DNA of 64,000 nt from Amoebidium appalachense (taxonomy: Eukaryota > Protista > Ichthyosporea), in assembly GCA_963693365.1 (NCBI GenBank), contig CAVNZM010000001.1:3116907-3180906 (forward strand), read 5' to 3'. The position numbers and the translations under genes were made by a program. How positions within the stretch are numbered: the stretch's first letter is position 1; each line of letters begins with the position of its first letter. Under the pieces are notes generated by a model. The model worked only from the letters and a program-made list of their open reading frames with translations. It did not search any database and had not been told where the DNA came from. Of the stretch, positions 24,661-35,881 are shown piece after piece.

Positions 24661-25576
24661 GAGAGAGGGTGGTGGGGTGGTGGGGGGGGGGGGAGGGGGG
24701 GGAAGGGAGGGGGAAAGGGGGGTGGGAGCAGAAAGAACGACGGGTGGGGGAGAGAAGGGAAGAGGGAAGGGAAAGAGGGAGGGAGGCTGGGTGGCAGAGA
24801 GGGGGAGAAGGAACTAAGGAGAGAGAGGGGAGAGGGAGGAGTGGAAGGGGAGAAGGTTAAACAGGCAAGCAGGGAGGAAGTGAGGGCGAGAAGGTGGTAA
24901 GGGGGGGTGGATAATTATAAAAGGCAGGGTGAGGGGACGGAAAGGTCGGGAAGGGGGTTGCAAGGGGAGAAGGGAAGAAAGGTAGGTAGGGAAGTGGGGA
25001 CGGGAGGGGGAAGGGAGAGGGGAGGCGGCGGCGGGCTGAAGAGAGAGAGGGAGGGGGGGGGAGGGAGAGAGGGAGACATGGGGAGGGAGGGAGGGAGAGA
25101 CTGGGGGAGGGGGGGAGGGGGGAGGGAGAGGGAGAGGGACGGAGAGCGGGGGTGGGGGGGAGGAGGGGAACAGAGCAAGGGAGGGGGAATGAAGAGAAAC
25201 GGGTGGTGCCGGGGTCAAGTGTGCATGTGTATGCAGTGTGTATGAACTTGCCCTGCGCTTCAACGAATGTGCATGTTGGACTGGTGCCTTTCCGCTTTCG
25301 TATCTCTTCTAGCTGTGCTTGTACACGCAAGTGCGTTTTATTCCTTGGTTACCCACCTGCTAGAGCAAGCACGCTGCCATATATCACCTGCCTTGGCGAA
25401 ATGGGTTTCTTCCTCACTTCCCCACCCTTTGTCTGTGTTGCTATTTCCGAGGTGATCATGAAGTCTGTGTGCGCATCTGCAAAGACATCGGGCCCGTGCA
25501 TTGCGTGCACACCACGTGCTGTCCGAACAGAGCTGGGTGTGTAGAAGCTTGCTTCATCTTCAGACCTTCGAGCCAT
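17448..25576 (-). CDS. Sho1-like four-transmembrane protein lacking an SH3 domain (~265 aa, 5 exons; one apparent +1 homopolymer frameshift)
   Basis: Exons 25576-25357, 23630-23447, 19688-19597, 18496-18252, 17505-17448 (TGA). Spliced product: ..VIYGSVLALAALGWIVGICGMSAL..SFGVFIFAYVLEAAMFIGLVLVLKYNEMTHYRHLLLTLLNMSVQITILSTDLVL..ASAAAAGNTMLLIVNYTLIILLG.. This matches the Sho1 TM pattern (GWI in TM1, YR before TM3, AAAG..LL..N..I..G in TM4). The model needs the G8 run at 23522-23529 to be read as G7. Confidence 0.75.
20336..20683 (-). repeat. Pseudo-LTR copy A1
   Basis: Near-identical to 22776-23123 (offset 2440). The 3' end GCATTCAAA abuts a C-run on the minus strand. Confidence 0.9.
20429..20539 (-). 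ncRNA. Candidate non-cyclically permuted hammerhead-like ribozyme (copy A1)
   Basis: Minus strand order: GACCUA (20539-20534) ... UCUGAGU-U/GGG (predicted cut 20504/20503) ... UAGGUC-GAAA-CUCGGG (GAAA 20476-20473) ... CCC-CUGAGGA-U (20442-20436). Helices are supported by covariation between copies. Activity is untested. Confidence 0.6.
22403..22758 (-). pseudogene. C-terminal (palm end/thumb) fragment of a Penelope-like reverse transcriptase
   Basis: Translation IHTTIYNKLDTPTFNTLDIVRFPHHDSFISRTAKYGIMTSQMHSYQRKCSTLAAFTTCTARLAKTLLNKGYS..* matches the PLE RT pattern T.LYDK..F....FP..DS.I.....YG...SQ..RY.R.CS....F......L...L..RGY. The ORF stops after the thumb with no C-terminal GIY-YIG domain. 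Confidence 0.85.
22776..23123 (-). repeat. Pseudo-LTR copy A2
   Basis: Near-identical to 20336-20683, with G-runs on both flanks. Confidence 0.9.
22869..22979 (-). ncRNA. Candidate permuted hammerhead-like ribozyme (copy A2)
   Basis: Identical to the A1 motif. Predicted cut between 22944 and 22943. Confidence 0.6.
24231..24497 (-). mobile_element. Diverged solo copy C of the Penelope-like repeat (intron 1 of the Sho1-like gene)
   Basis: Shares the blocks CCCTGCTCGTCTYTGATCAAGACGGGT, GGTCGAAACTC, CCTGAGGATGGGCTCTGC and the 3' end CTTCGTACT-N8-CATTCAAA. G-runs lie on both sides. Confidence 0.85.
24352..24467 (-). ncRNA. Candidate permuted hammerhead-like ribozyme (copy C)
   Basis: GACCC ... 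GUCUGAGU-U/GGAG (cut 24431/24430) ... GGGUC-GAAA-CUCAGAC ... CUCC-CUGAGGA-U. Confidence 0.6.
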
Positions 25577-25795
25577 GTTGGTGTGTATGTTTTGTTGTGC
25601 TCAATATGGGGCAAATTTAGTCATTTGTTGCTTTTGTGTCTGAGTCAGACACCTCCATAGGAACTACGAACTTCATCAACGTATGGTTGCTGTACTTGTG
25701 ATAGCATTGAAGGCAGTGAAGGGAAGGGGTTGGAAGACGGTTGGTGGGTGGAAAGGAAGGGTGAGAGGAGGGGGGGGGGGGGGGGGGGTAGGGGG

Positions 25796-25843
<48 letters not shown>

Positions 25844-26619
25844 CGTTACGGAGGGGGGGAGAGAGAGGAAGGTGGGTGGGGCGAGAATGGGTAATAAGAG
25901 GGAAATAAGGTTGGCTAGTTGTAGATTTGAAAGGTATATATGGAAGAATCTCTGTGATTAAATTACAAGAAGGTTATATTCGTACAAAATACAACTTACA
26001 AGCCTACCCCAGAACACGGTCCTGGTCTGTGGGTGAGTTTTGGCCTTGGCCGGCCGCCTGGCAGCTGGAGAGGGCCTGGCACCTGGCCAGTGGTGGGCCG
26101 TGGCCCGTGGCCTGGCGCGAGATTTGAACCAATCAACAGACGGTACAATTTGCACATGATAAGCATATTTAGCCACATTTGGAGTTACTTGATTGGTAGT
26201 GCTCTCATCCAAAAATGTTTTGCCCAAATATGGCTAAAGAAACAAAGACTACGCACCATCATCCAATCCAAAAGTAGTACGGAACGGGGGACAATTTTCC
26301 AATTGTTCACGGAAAAATGTGGTAGAAGCTGAAACATGACATAAAAAGCAGGTATTGGGCATTAAATCTGCGATGGATTTAAAATGAATTTTGTATCATT
26401 GTTTGTAAAATATGGTTGGCTGTTACAATGCTGTAAGATTGAGTATTTGCCGGTTCTAAGAGCCACATAAGAAGGGCTTCATCCGCCTCATCACCTCAGT
26501 GCGGTTATACGGTTCACGCTTTCATTAGAGATTAGAGACAACTGTTCGTCTCTTCCTACATACTTGGAAAAAACACACTAAATATTCAATAGCATTCTGA
26601 AGAAGATAAAAACATCAGC
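25577..26619. promoter_or_regulatory. Divergent promoter region between the Sho1-like and ATP-grasp genes
   Basis: Head-to-head ATGs 1.04 kb apart, CCAAT boxes in opposite orientations (about 26129 and 26192), and a TGGCC-rich block at 26040-26120. Confidence 0.55.
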
Positions 26620-27555
26620 ATGTCGACATCGTGGCACTACAACGGCATCGACGTTTCGAAGCTGACAGGCAGCGATGAAGCCACGCAGCAGCAGAGGTAT
26701 GCCGCCGTGAAGGGCATGCCTGTGCTCTTCCTCACCAGCGTGTTCATGTGCAAAGGGTACTGGATCGGCACCATCCAGCACCTGGTAAACGACCTCGTTT
26801 TTAAGGGGCTGGACGTGATTTTCGTTCTGAACGAAACACCCGACGACCATGTTCTTGCCGATCAACTCCGCGAAAAGAAGATCATGACAAAGTGTATCTT
26901 TGCAGACATTGCCGATGCAGAGAAATGCTCCTCAAACATTGTCGACGCATACAAATCGAGCGGGCTCCAGGCCCACGCAGTGTTCTCCCCCTATGAGGAG
27001 ATGCAGTGCATTGTTGGTGAGGTTGCTGAGGCCATAGGGATGTTTGGCAACCCCAAGGAGGCCGCACAGGCAGCCAGGAACAAGTACCGCACGCGTGAGC
27101 TGTGTGCGGCGGCAAATCTCGCATTCCCCAAGTATGCACGGGTGAGTTGGCTGACAATGCATCGACATCCCGCGTGTTTTTGCACATATCACAGAGTGAG
27201 ATTATGTAGGGGGATGTGCGAGAAGGATGGGAAAGAAAAGGGAGGGGGGGGGGGAGGCCGGGGGGGGGGAGGGGGGGGGGATGGTTACACTTGTGCGTAC
27301 AGGCTGGGCACGATTCATGATCATGATGTTCTCCCCCCCACACCTCCCCCCCCACACACACACACCACCAACACCTCCCCCTTTAAATCCTCCACAGCCC
27401 ACAACCATGTTGCCTTCCAACCCCCCAAAACATCCCTTCTTTCGATGACCCTCATCTGCCCATAAATTTGCAGCACTCAAGTCCTGCCGCTGTATTGCCA
27501 AGAAGATTCCCCCTCCCCCCCTCCTCCCCCCCCCTCCCTCCCTCCCCCCTTCCCC

Positions 27556-27586
<31 letters not shown>

Positions 27587-28016
27587 ACACACAAACACAT
27601 GCCACAAGAATCACCACCCACAGCTAGATTCTCTTAGCGATATTTGACCTGTTCTATCTTTCTGTAAACAAAAAATATTCATTGTGAACCAACTTCTGTT
27701 CCTAAAACTTGAATCCATTTCCCGCAGATTGAGAGCCGCGACCACCTGAAGCAAATCATTGAGGAATGGGGCCTTCCCCTCGTGCTGAAGCCCTCCTCTG
27801 GTGCTGGATCGGAGGGTGTGGTGAAGTGTGAGGAGGCAAATGCCACTTTGGAGATTTACGATCATCTTTTGAAGGAATTGCTGGAAATTGTGTCACCCTC
27901 CTGCCCCCCATTCGTGCTTGCCGAGCAGTATATGGACGGGGCTGAGTTTGATTGTGATCTGCTTTTCTGGAACGGGGAGTGTGTGTTTGAGGCCCTGACG
28001 GACAACTGGCCAACCA

Positions 28017-28049
<33 letters not shown>

Positions 28050-28260
28050 TGTGTGTGTGTGTGTGTGCGCGTGTGTGTATGTGTATGTTATAAGTACACG
28101 TGTGGTGCTTTTTAGTGTTTCACATGTGTCCGCCGAGCATGTGAGTGTGTGTAGAGGTGTGCTAATGAAGGAACAGATGAGTGGGTGCATGTGTCTGGGT
28201 GGGTAGGTGATGCTGTGCGTGTGCTCGAATGTTGCCAATACGCATGGTCCCCTCCACCCC

Positions 28261-28295
<35 letters not shown>

Positions 28296-29004
28296 AAAAA
28301 CACAAACCAGCCGTTACCTCCCCACTCCCTCCGTTGTTTCTACCCTTCTCTCTCTCTCTGCTCTTTCCTGCTCCCCCTTCCCCCGCTTCCTCCCCCCTCC
28401 CCCCCCTTTCCATCCACCTCCCCTCCCTCCCCACCATCACCACAACCTGCTTGCCGCCACCAGCATCCTGTCAAATTGCCAATATCAAATCACACTAGCC
28501 TGCTTAACCTAATATAAGCCTGCACCCCCCTTCCCCGTTTTTGTGCATCATACTACACACTAGCCCAATCACCTGACATAATCCGTTTCGAATCTGTTGT
28601 CGAAGTAAATCTGATCTACACTCCCCCCTCCCCCCCCCTCCCCACCACCACCACCTCCACCTCCACCACCACCTCCCCCTCTTTTCAGGAGCCCTATTTC
28701 CTGGAGGACGGCTACAACCACCCGTCCATCTTCCCTGCCGAGGGCCAGCGAGAACTGATCGAATACTCCAAGGCCTGTGTGAAGGCGCTGGGCTTCAAGC
28801 AGGGCTGTTTCCACGTCGAGCTCAAATACACAGACAAGTATGTCGGTCCCTGCCAACAAATTGACCCCCCCCCTCCCCCCCTCTCCCCTTTCGCCAAACC
28901 ACCCACACCACCCCCCATTACCTCCCTTCCTCTCCCTTCCCCCGACGGTAACCCCTGCCCTGCTTCTCTGCCAAGCACATTCGACCCCTTCCGGGAGCCT
29001 CCCC

Positions 29005-29035
<31 letters not shown>

Positions 29036-29473
29036 ACACACGCACGCACACACACACACACATGTCCCTACAAAACCCAACACACACACTTGTTACCCCT
29101 CCACCCCCTCACCCCCCTCTGTCCCCACACTCCCACCACCACCACCACATCCCTCCTCACCTTCACCTTCCCATCCATATCTATTCCCTTTCTAAACCAT
29201 TTATACTTCATGCACCCTCCCTACCCCCCCCCCCCCCCCCCCCCCCCCCACACACACACGCCCGCCCACCCCCCTCCACCCCTCTTTGGCTCTTCGCTGC
29301 TCTTCTCCCGTGCCACATACATAGACTCTGCTGACATGGGGATTATGTCTTGGCAGGACGTGCCTAAATGCTGAGAAGAAGGGTCAGCCCATTCTCATCG
29401 AGGTTAACCCCCGTGTGGGTGGTGGCCAGATCAGTCAATACTACAAGGTTTGTGTGTTTGTGCGTGCGTGTAT

Positions 29474-29505
<32 letters not shown>

Positions 29506-30281
29506 CGGGCGTTGGAGTGGGGGGGGGGGGGAGAGAGAGAGGGAGGGTGGGAGGGTAAGTGCCTCTGCGTAGCATTCACATGCGGCTGTTATCCACTTTC
29601 GTGTAGCTTTACTGTTTGAGAGGGGGGTAAGGGTTGGGGGGGAAGAGAGGGAATGATGGAACATTGCCCGTTCCTCAGGAGCCCCCCCCCCCCACCCACC
29701 CCCCCCCCCCACCCACCCACCCTCTCCCCCCTCTCCCCCCGTCTCTCCCTGTCACCCTCGTTCTCATACAGTCACAGGGAGAAGGAAGCACAACAACACA
29801 CACACACACCAATAGCCTCAACCCTCTGCCTGCCAGGTTGCCCTACTCAAATCCTCCCTCTGGGTAATAACTTACTGTACTAAACATCTATGTCGTCCGG
29901 AATAGCCCACCCAGGCACACACATACGCACCCATGCACACATCACATTATCACACACACACACGTGTACTGCACACACCACCACACGAGCAATCGAACAC
30001 GGGCGCACTTACACAATGCTATCAGCCTATTTGTCTACCCCCGTGGTATGTAGTCCCGGCCTCCTACCCACCAGCACACCGTCACACACATACACAAAGA
30101 GAGATACATGCCTATGCTGCTGTAACTCCTCCTTCCTCTCCAACCACCCCCTTCCCCTCCCCCTCTTTCCTCCCATATCCCCGGCCGCCAGACACACACA
30201 CGAGAAACGAGAGTGTACGGTCTTCTCATTCCAATTAGCCACGCTTGCCCTCCCCCCCTGCCTCCGCCGTCCCTCCCTCCC

Positions 30282-30323
<42 letters not shown>

Positions 30324-31584
30324 CACACGCACACACAGATCATCTACGGTGTTGCCCTGGACATCAACTTCTTCCTTACCGCCTGCGGTGTGCCCATCAA
30401 CCCCCCACGGTCCCCAGCCAAGTGTGCGCTGGCCGACTACTTTGTTATCCCCAACCACACGGGCTACCTGGCCAGCACCGGGTTCCTTGACTACATGAAG
30501 GATAACCCCCACGTCATCCGCACACAGGTATAGAGGCCATCCCCCTCCCCTCCTTCCCTGCCCCTCCCCCCCCCCCCCCCCCCGGGCCCACCTTCACCTC
30601 CCCCTCTTCCCTGCCCTCTTCACAAACCACAACCACGAACCAGAGTCCCCTCCCCCCTCCCCCCTCCTCCCCCCCCCCCCCCGATCCCACCCAACCCGGG
30701 GGTCTTTTCCACCCTCTCTCCATAATGAAAGGACCGTCGGCATATGTTGCACAGAGGAACATAGTCTTCAAACAGATGTGTCAGTCTACATTACTCAACC
30801 CTTCCCCGCCCACCTCCCTCTCCTCACCCAAGCGCTTTCCTGTACCATTAACTGCCAGACACCGACATTTGTACCTCGTTTCCAAGTTGTCTTACTCTAC
30901 AGCAGGCCCCCTCCCCTTCCCCTTCCCACCTTCCCCCTCCCTTCCTCGAAGAGGTGCAGAATGGCTCTGCCTATTTTGAGTACTTTAGGTGTGTGTCCCT
31001 CTATTTTTGCGAAAGTCCTCATGACGTTGGTCGTTCTGGCTATCGACTTCATCTACCGTGTGTCACATTCTTACCCAATTGCTTCCCTCCCTTCTCTCCC
31101 ATTCCCCCTTCTCCCATTCCTCCCTTCCCCCCCCCCCCCACCCAAAAAAAAAAAAAAAAAAAAAAAAAAACCACCCATCCACACACACACACACACACAC
31201 GCCCCACCCCACCCACCCACCCGCCTCTTCCTAACCGCACAGGTGACCAAGAAAGTTGGTGACTATATCCGCGGGTATGACAACGGTATGCCTGAGTGGA
31301 TTGGTAGCTTCACGGTCAAGGACACAGACATCCACAAGTGTCTCGAGTACCAGCGCGAACTCATCAATAAACTCCCAGAAGTTCCCGTCACACAGACTCC
31401 CCCGTCAAAGGACGCACCTGCCCCCACCGAACCCGCAAAACGTCCCTCGATTTCCGGTGTTTCTCAGCTCCCCCGGCGTGCGTCTAATCTCAACCCTGAG
31501 GATATGCCGAGATATGAGGCCATTCCTAAGATCCCTTTGTTTAAGGCGGCGGCAAGCGGGGCTGTGTCCGGCGGGGCACGTTAA
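26620..31584 (+). CDS. ATP-grasp ligase, carnosine-synthase / L-amino-acid-ligase-like (~527 aa, 6 exons)
   Basis: Exons 26620-27141, 27728-28018, 28689-28837, 29357-29447, 30339-30527, 31243-31584 (TAA), all phase-consistent GT-AG. Motifs: ARNKYRTRE, PLVLKPSSGAGSEGV, LAEQYMDGAEFDCD, EPYFLE, GCFHVELKYT, PILIEVNPRVGGG. Confidence 0.9.
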
Positions 31585-32641
31585 GGATGCGGCAGCATGT
31601 TTATCGGAGAAATGTTGGTGAGTGCTTGAGTATCCAAAATAGACTGGATATAGTCATTTTAGTTGATTAGAAATATTTGCGGTATTATCAACACTGTGTG
31701 AAGATAATATGGTGGTATATGACAGGAGGATAGCAGGTAGATAAACTGCCAGATATTTGATGAATGTATATAGTGTTTCTTGAGGTATTAAGCAGAATCT
31801 TATACTAATGGAAGAGTGTCCTGGTAGAACACAGATTACTGAGGCTGCTGTTAGTTACCTGTGTGCTGGAAATCTTCTCCCTGATATCATGTCCGTAAAT
31901 CGTACAAATAAAGGAGATACTGTGTTGCAAGGGCAGCTATACCTATTACCCGATTCGATAAACAGATGCATACATGACGTGTGAAAGCCTTTTTTCTTTT
32001 ATCACACCAGAGAGATTTACAATAGACCTCTCTGGGCCGAGTAACTCTGCCTTCTAAACTTGTAGGCCTCCTCCTTTCCGCCCCCCCCCCCCCGGAATCC
32101 CCTCCATACACGTTTCCTTGCTTGCTTGATCTCGCGAGTTACAAATTTTCAGGGTATATACACATATTTGTCATTCCCCCCCCCTCCCCCCCCCCCCCCC
32201 CCCCAACTCCCAACCAGCTCACCCCCAACTCAGTCTGCCCTTTTTGCCCTTCTTGGTACCCCTTCCGAAAGAATTCACCTAGAGAGTACACATGCACGCC
32301 ATATGTGATGGTACACGCTAAGGATCACCGCTCCCTGCCTGTGTCTGCCTCTTTCAATCCAAACACTCCCCCAGTGGCATCCCTATCGCTGCCCCCAACT
32401 CTCTAGCATGAGCTCAGATTCCCTGTGGGTTGAAAGAAGTTCGAATGACACGGTCGATGCAATGAGACATACACAGAACCCCATGCAGGTGCGCGCACAC
32501 ACATATGCACGCACGCACGCACGCACGCACGCACACCCACACACTAACACACTAACACACGCGCATTTTCTCTCTGCTTTTTAGCGCCCAACCACATCGG
32601 CAACATATCCACTTCCTTCAAGCAGAACAATATAAGCAAGA

Positions 32642-33069
32642 AGCAGAATTATTCGAATTCGTGATCAGCAGCTGAAGAAGCAAATAATATTCCAGAGTTC
32701 TTCTAGCCGAATTATTCAGCAAGCAGATCTAGAATATATCAAATACCTTACACTTTGAGCACCATTCTGAAATTCGATCCGACAGCAGAGTAATTCGGAT
32801 AACAGAATTAAGGGGTAGTCCCTTAATCTGCTCACGGAAACAGAATGAAGTTGCCCTTTAGCAGAATGACCCTAATGGACCTGCCTTTACAGAAAAAGTC
32901 CGCTCGGAGCGGAATAATTCTGCTTTGTCTGAATAATGCTGTTAAAAGCAGAATGATTTACTGCATTTTAGCAGAATGAACACGCCTTTTGCAGAATTAT
33001 TCTGCTCGGAACAGAATAATTCTGCTTTGACTGAATTACCCGTGTCTAAGAGCTGTATAATCCGCTCTT
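32642..33069. repeat. Cluster of CAGAAT/ATTCTG motifs with palindromes (possible transposon subterminal region)
   Basis: At least 12 CAGAAT copies on either strand in about 390 bp. Palindromes CAGAATWATTCTG, a ~32-bp direct repeat at 32903 and 33005, and hairpins TTAAGGG-N5-CCCTTAA and TAAGAGC-N10-GCTCTTA. Confidence 0.55.
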
Positions 33070-33575
33070 ACATGTTTTAGCATAAGGAATTCGACCCACC
33101 TCCAGATCTGCACCTTGGTCAGACTAAACCATTTTGAGTTATGCAAATCACAAAAAAAGGTCGTCCTGTGAGGTATCGGACTACAATAACAACTTCAAGC
33201 AAGCAAACAAACAAGGCTCAGAAGAACGAATAAGACATTGTTAGTAAACGCAAAGCGAAGTGACAAAAAAAAATGCTATTCGTGTGTGTATACGTTTGGA
33301 CTCTGCAAGGAATGTTGGAATGTGTGGCTTCAGAGTGGCGAAAACTATCTGTCTAGAGACGAAGAACCCTAGGGCTTTGTATGTTTCTTATTTTATTTTA
33401 ATTATTTATTTTTGTTTTTGGGGGGGGGGGGGGGGGAGTGTAAGGGAGGGCACTCAAAGAAGGCTGCCAAGGCTTGGCCGGATTACGAACGTTTGGATCA
33501 AATTCGATAGGAGGATTTCTTAAGGAAATTGGGGCCTCAGGGCCCCATGAAGTCTGCATGCATTCCGGGAGGAAA

Positions 33576-34033
33576 GACTGGGCAGTATCATATGCACAGT
33601 GGGGTGGGTGGGCGAGGAACCGGGGGAGGGGGGGAGGGGGGGGGGGGGGCTGCGCCGTGAAGAGGCGGGGCAGTGCACAGGGGAATGGGTGGATGAGTAC
33701 CGGGGGATGGGGGGGAGGGAGGGGAGAGGGCGATGAGAGACTGGGCAGTATGCACAGGGGGTTGGGTGGGTGAGTACCGGGGTTGGTGGTGGTGGTGCAC
33801 GTGGGGGGGTGGGGGGAGAGAGAGAGAGAGAAGAGAGGCCGAGTATGCGCACAGCCCGGGGAGTGACCGGGTGGGTGAGTACCGAGATGGGGGGGGGGGG
33901 GGGGGGGGGGGGAGAGAGAGAGAGACTGGTCGGTAAGCACAGAGGGCCCGTGGGCGAGTACCCCGGCGGGGGGGGGGGGGGGGGGGGGGGGATGGGGAGG
34001 GGGGGAAGAGTGGGAGAGGAACTGGGTAGTATT
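33576..34033 (+). repeat. Degenerate ~90-bp tandem array separated by G-runs
   Basis: Five units (plus a partial sixth) of gactgggcagtatgcacag-N11-20-g(t/c)gagtaccgggg at about 33576, 33667, 33739, 33838 and 33925. Confidence 0.6.
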
Positions 34034-34200
34034 GGGAAAGAGGGGGGCTGGAGGGGGGAGAAAAGGTTGCATTTTCGGGGGAAGGGGGGTTCCTCAGACC
34101 ATCCAATTGGTTATTAACCCTGTTAACCAGGTGGCTGTATGTTCATGCTCGCCCATACCAAGAACTTCAAGTTTCTTTTCGTTCCTTTTTGTATATTTTC

Positions 34201-34325
<125 letters not shown>

Positions 34326-34631
34326 GGGGATATATGGACTGGTAGAGTGTAGGGGTGGGGTTTCATCAGTATGTAATCGAAGAGGGAGCCGACTCGGAGA
34401 ACCAGGGCGATGGGTGTGGCAGCGAAGGGCGAATTTGATTGGGGGGAATGTCTTCGAGTTATTGAACACTTACTGGTAGTGGTACAGGTGGCGGTATTGG
34501 TGTTGCATGTGTGTTTGTGTGTGCGGTTGTATGTGTGACACTGTGTGTGTGCTTGCGCATGCCATGTGTGTGTGTGTGTGTGTGTGTGTGTTGGTTTCAG
34601 TTTTGTGTGTGTGTCGGTGACGCGCGCATGT

Positions 34632-34671
<40 letters not shown>

Positions 34672-35881
34672 ACCGTGCATGTGTGCGCACGGGTGTTTGT
34701 GCATGTGTGTGGTAGAGTGTGGGCGTGTGTCTGACTTCGATAGGTGAGTGTCAGGTTGTAGTTTATTCATTTTGGAGGAAGCCTGTAATAAATGTGGTTA
34801 TATTGGCAAAAACCGGGGGAAAACCACTAGAGTACTCACTTGTATTTTATGGTAACACTTTTTCCATAGGAAATAACACAGGAAAGAATTACCCTAGGAG
34901 GATAAATGCACAAATTCCTGGGCCAAACAGCATGTTCTCGCCGGATACACATTAATTGTATATACTTCCTTTAAAAGGGTTAAAAGATACAACAACAGTT
35001 TATATTGTACACTTTGATTTGTCCCCACATACCTTAAATTCTTCTGTTTCAGCATCAAAGACATGGAAAGAGCGAATCTGCACAGTGGTCACTAACAACT
35101 GTGATTAGAGTCCCAATGCCTCTGTGTTTTGAGTCATGGGCGTGTGTATTAGCGTGTATTGTGCCTGTATCTATGATGAATGTTTACGATTACGCGAGTG
35201 CAATACATACGTAAAAAAACAAAAATAAAAAAAAAAACGAAAAAGAACCACACAGTTTTATCTATCAAGCAGAGCCAATTCCCCCTACTTCTCACGGCAT
35301 CTTTCTACCATGCCCTCGTTTTATCAGCAGGTGACTCACGAGCGCCCGTGGGAATTAGTACTGACACTAGCCAGTTCAACTAGACATACTTTTACGTAAA
35401 AGCACGTGAAACATTTGGTAGACCTTCGAACGTCATTAACAGGTATCAAGGAAACACAATACAAATAAAGCAGCTCAGAAAACATATATGTTAATATTTA
35501 ACCTTGAAAGGATTTTACGCGTTCACAAAACAAGGGGGCAAATGGGGTTGTGTGGTACAATAGGGTCGTCGACATATTCAAGCTACTACTTCTTTGCCAG
35601 TCACCTAGACGATGTCCCGTAAATATACCGACTGTAGAACGGGCAGCACTAAAGGGGTGGGGAAGGCAGTAAAAGGATGGCAACAAGCAAAAACCGCGCA
35701 ATAAGCTCGCTACACAAAAACAATATATCCCTTGACAACCTCGCTCACCACAAACCGTCCACTTCCCCTCCCTCAGAGCCCGGAGGAAAAAGCTGAAACG
35801 AAACCGGCTCCCGCTTCGCAAAATCCACTACACGGACATGCACAGTCATTTCTCAGAAGTACAAATTCGCCATGTTGGAGC

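Noticed and set aside
33576-34033. CRISPR-like repeat-spacer array
   Set aside because: The repeats are degenerate, the spacers are G-runs, the context is eukaryotic and there are no cas genes.
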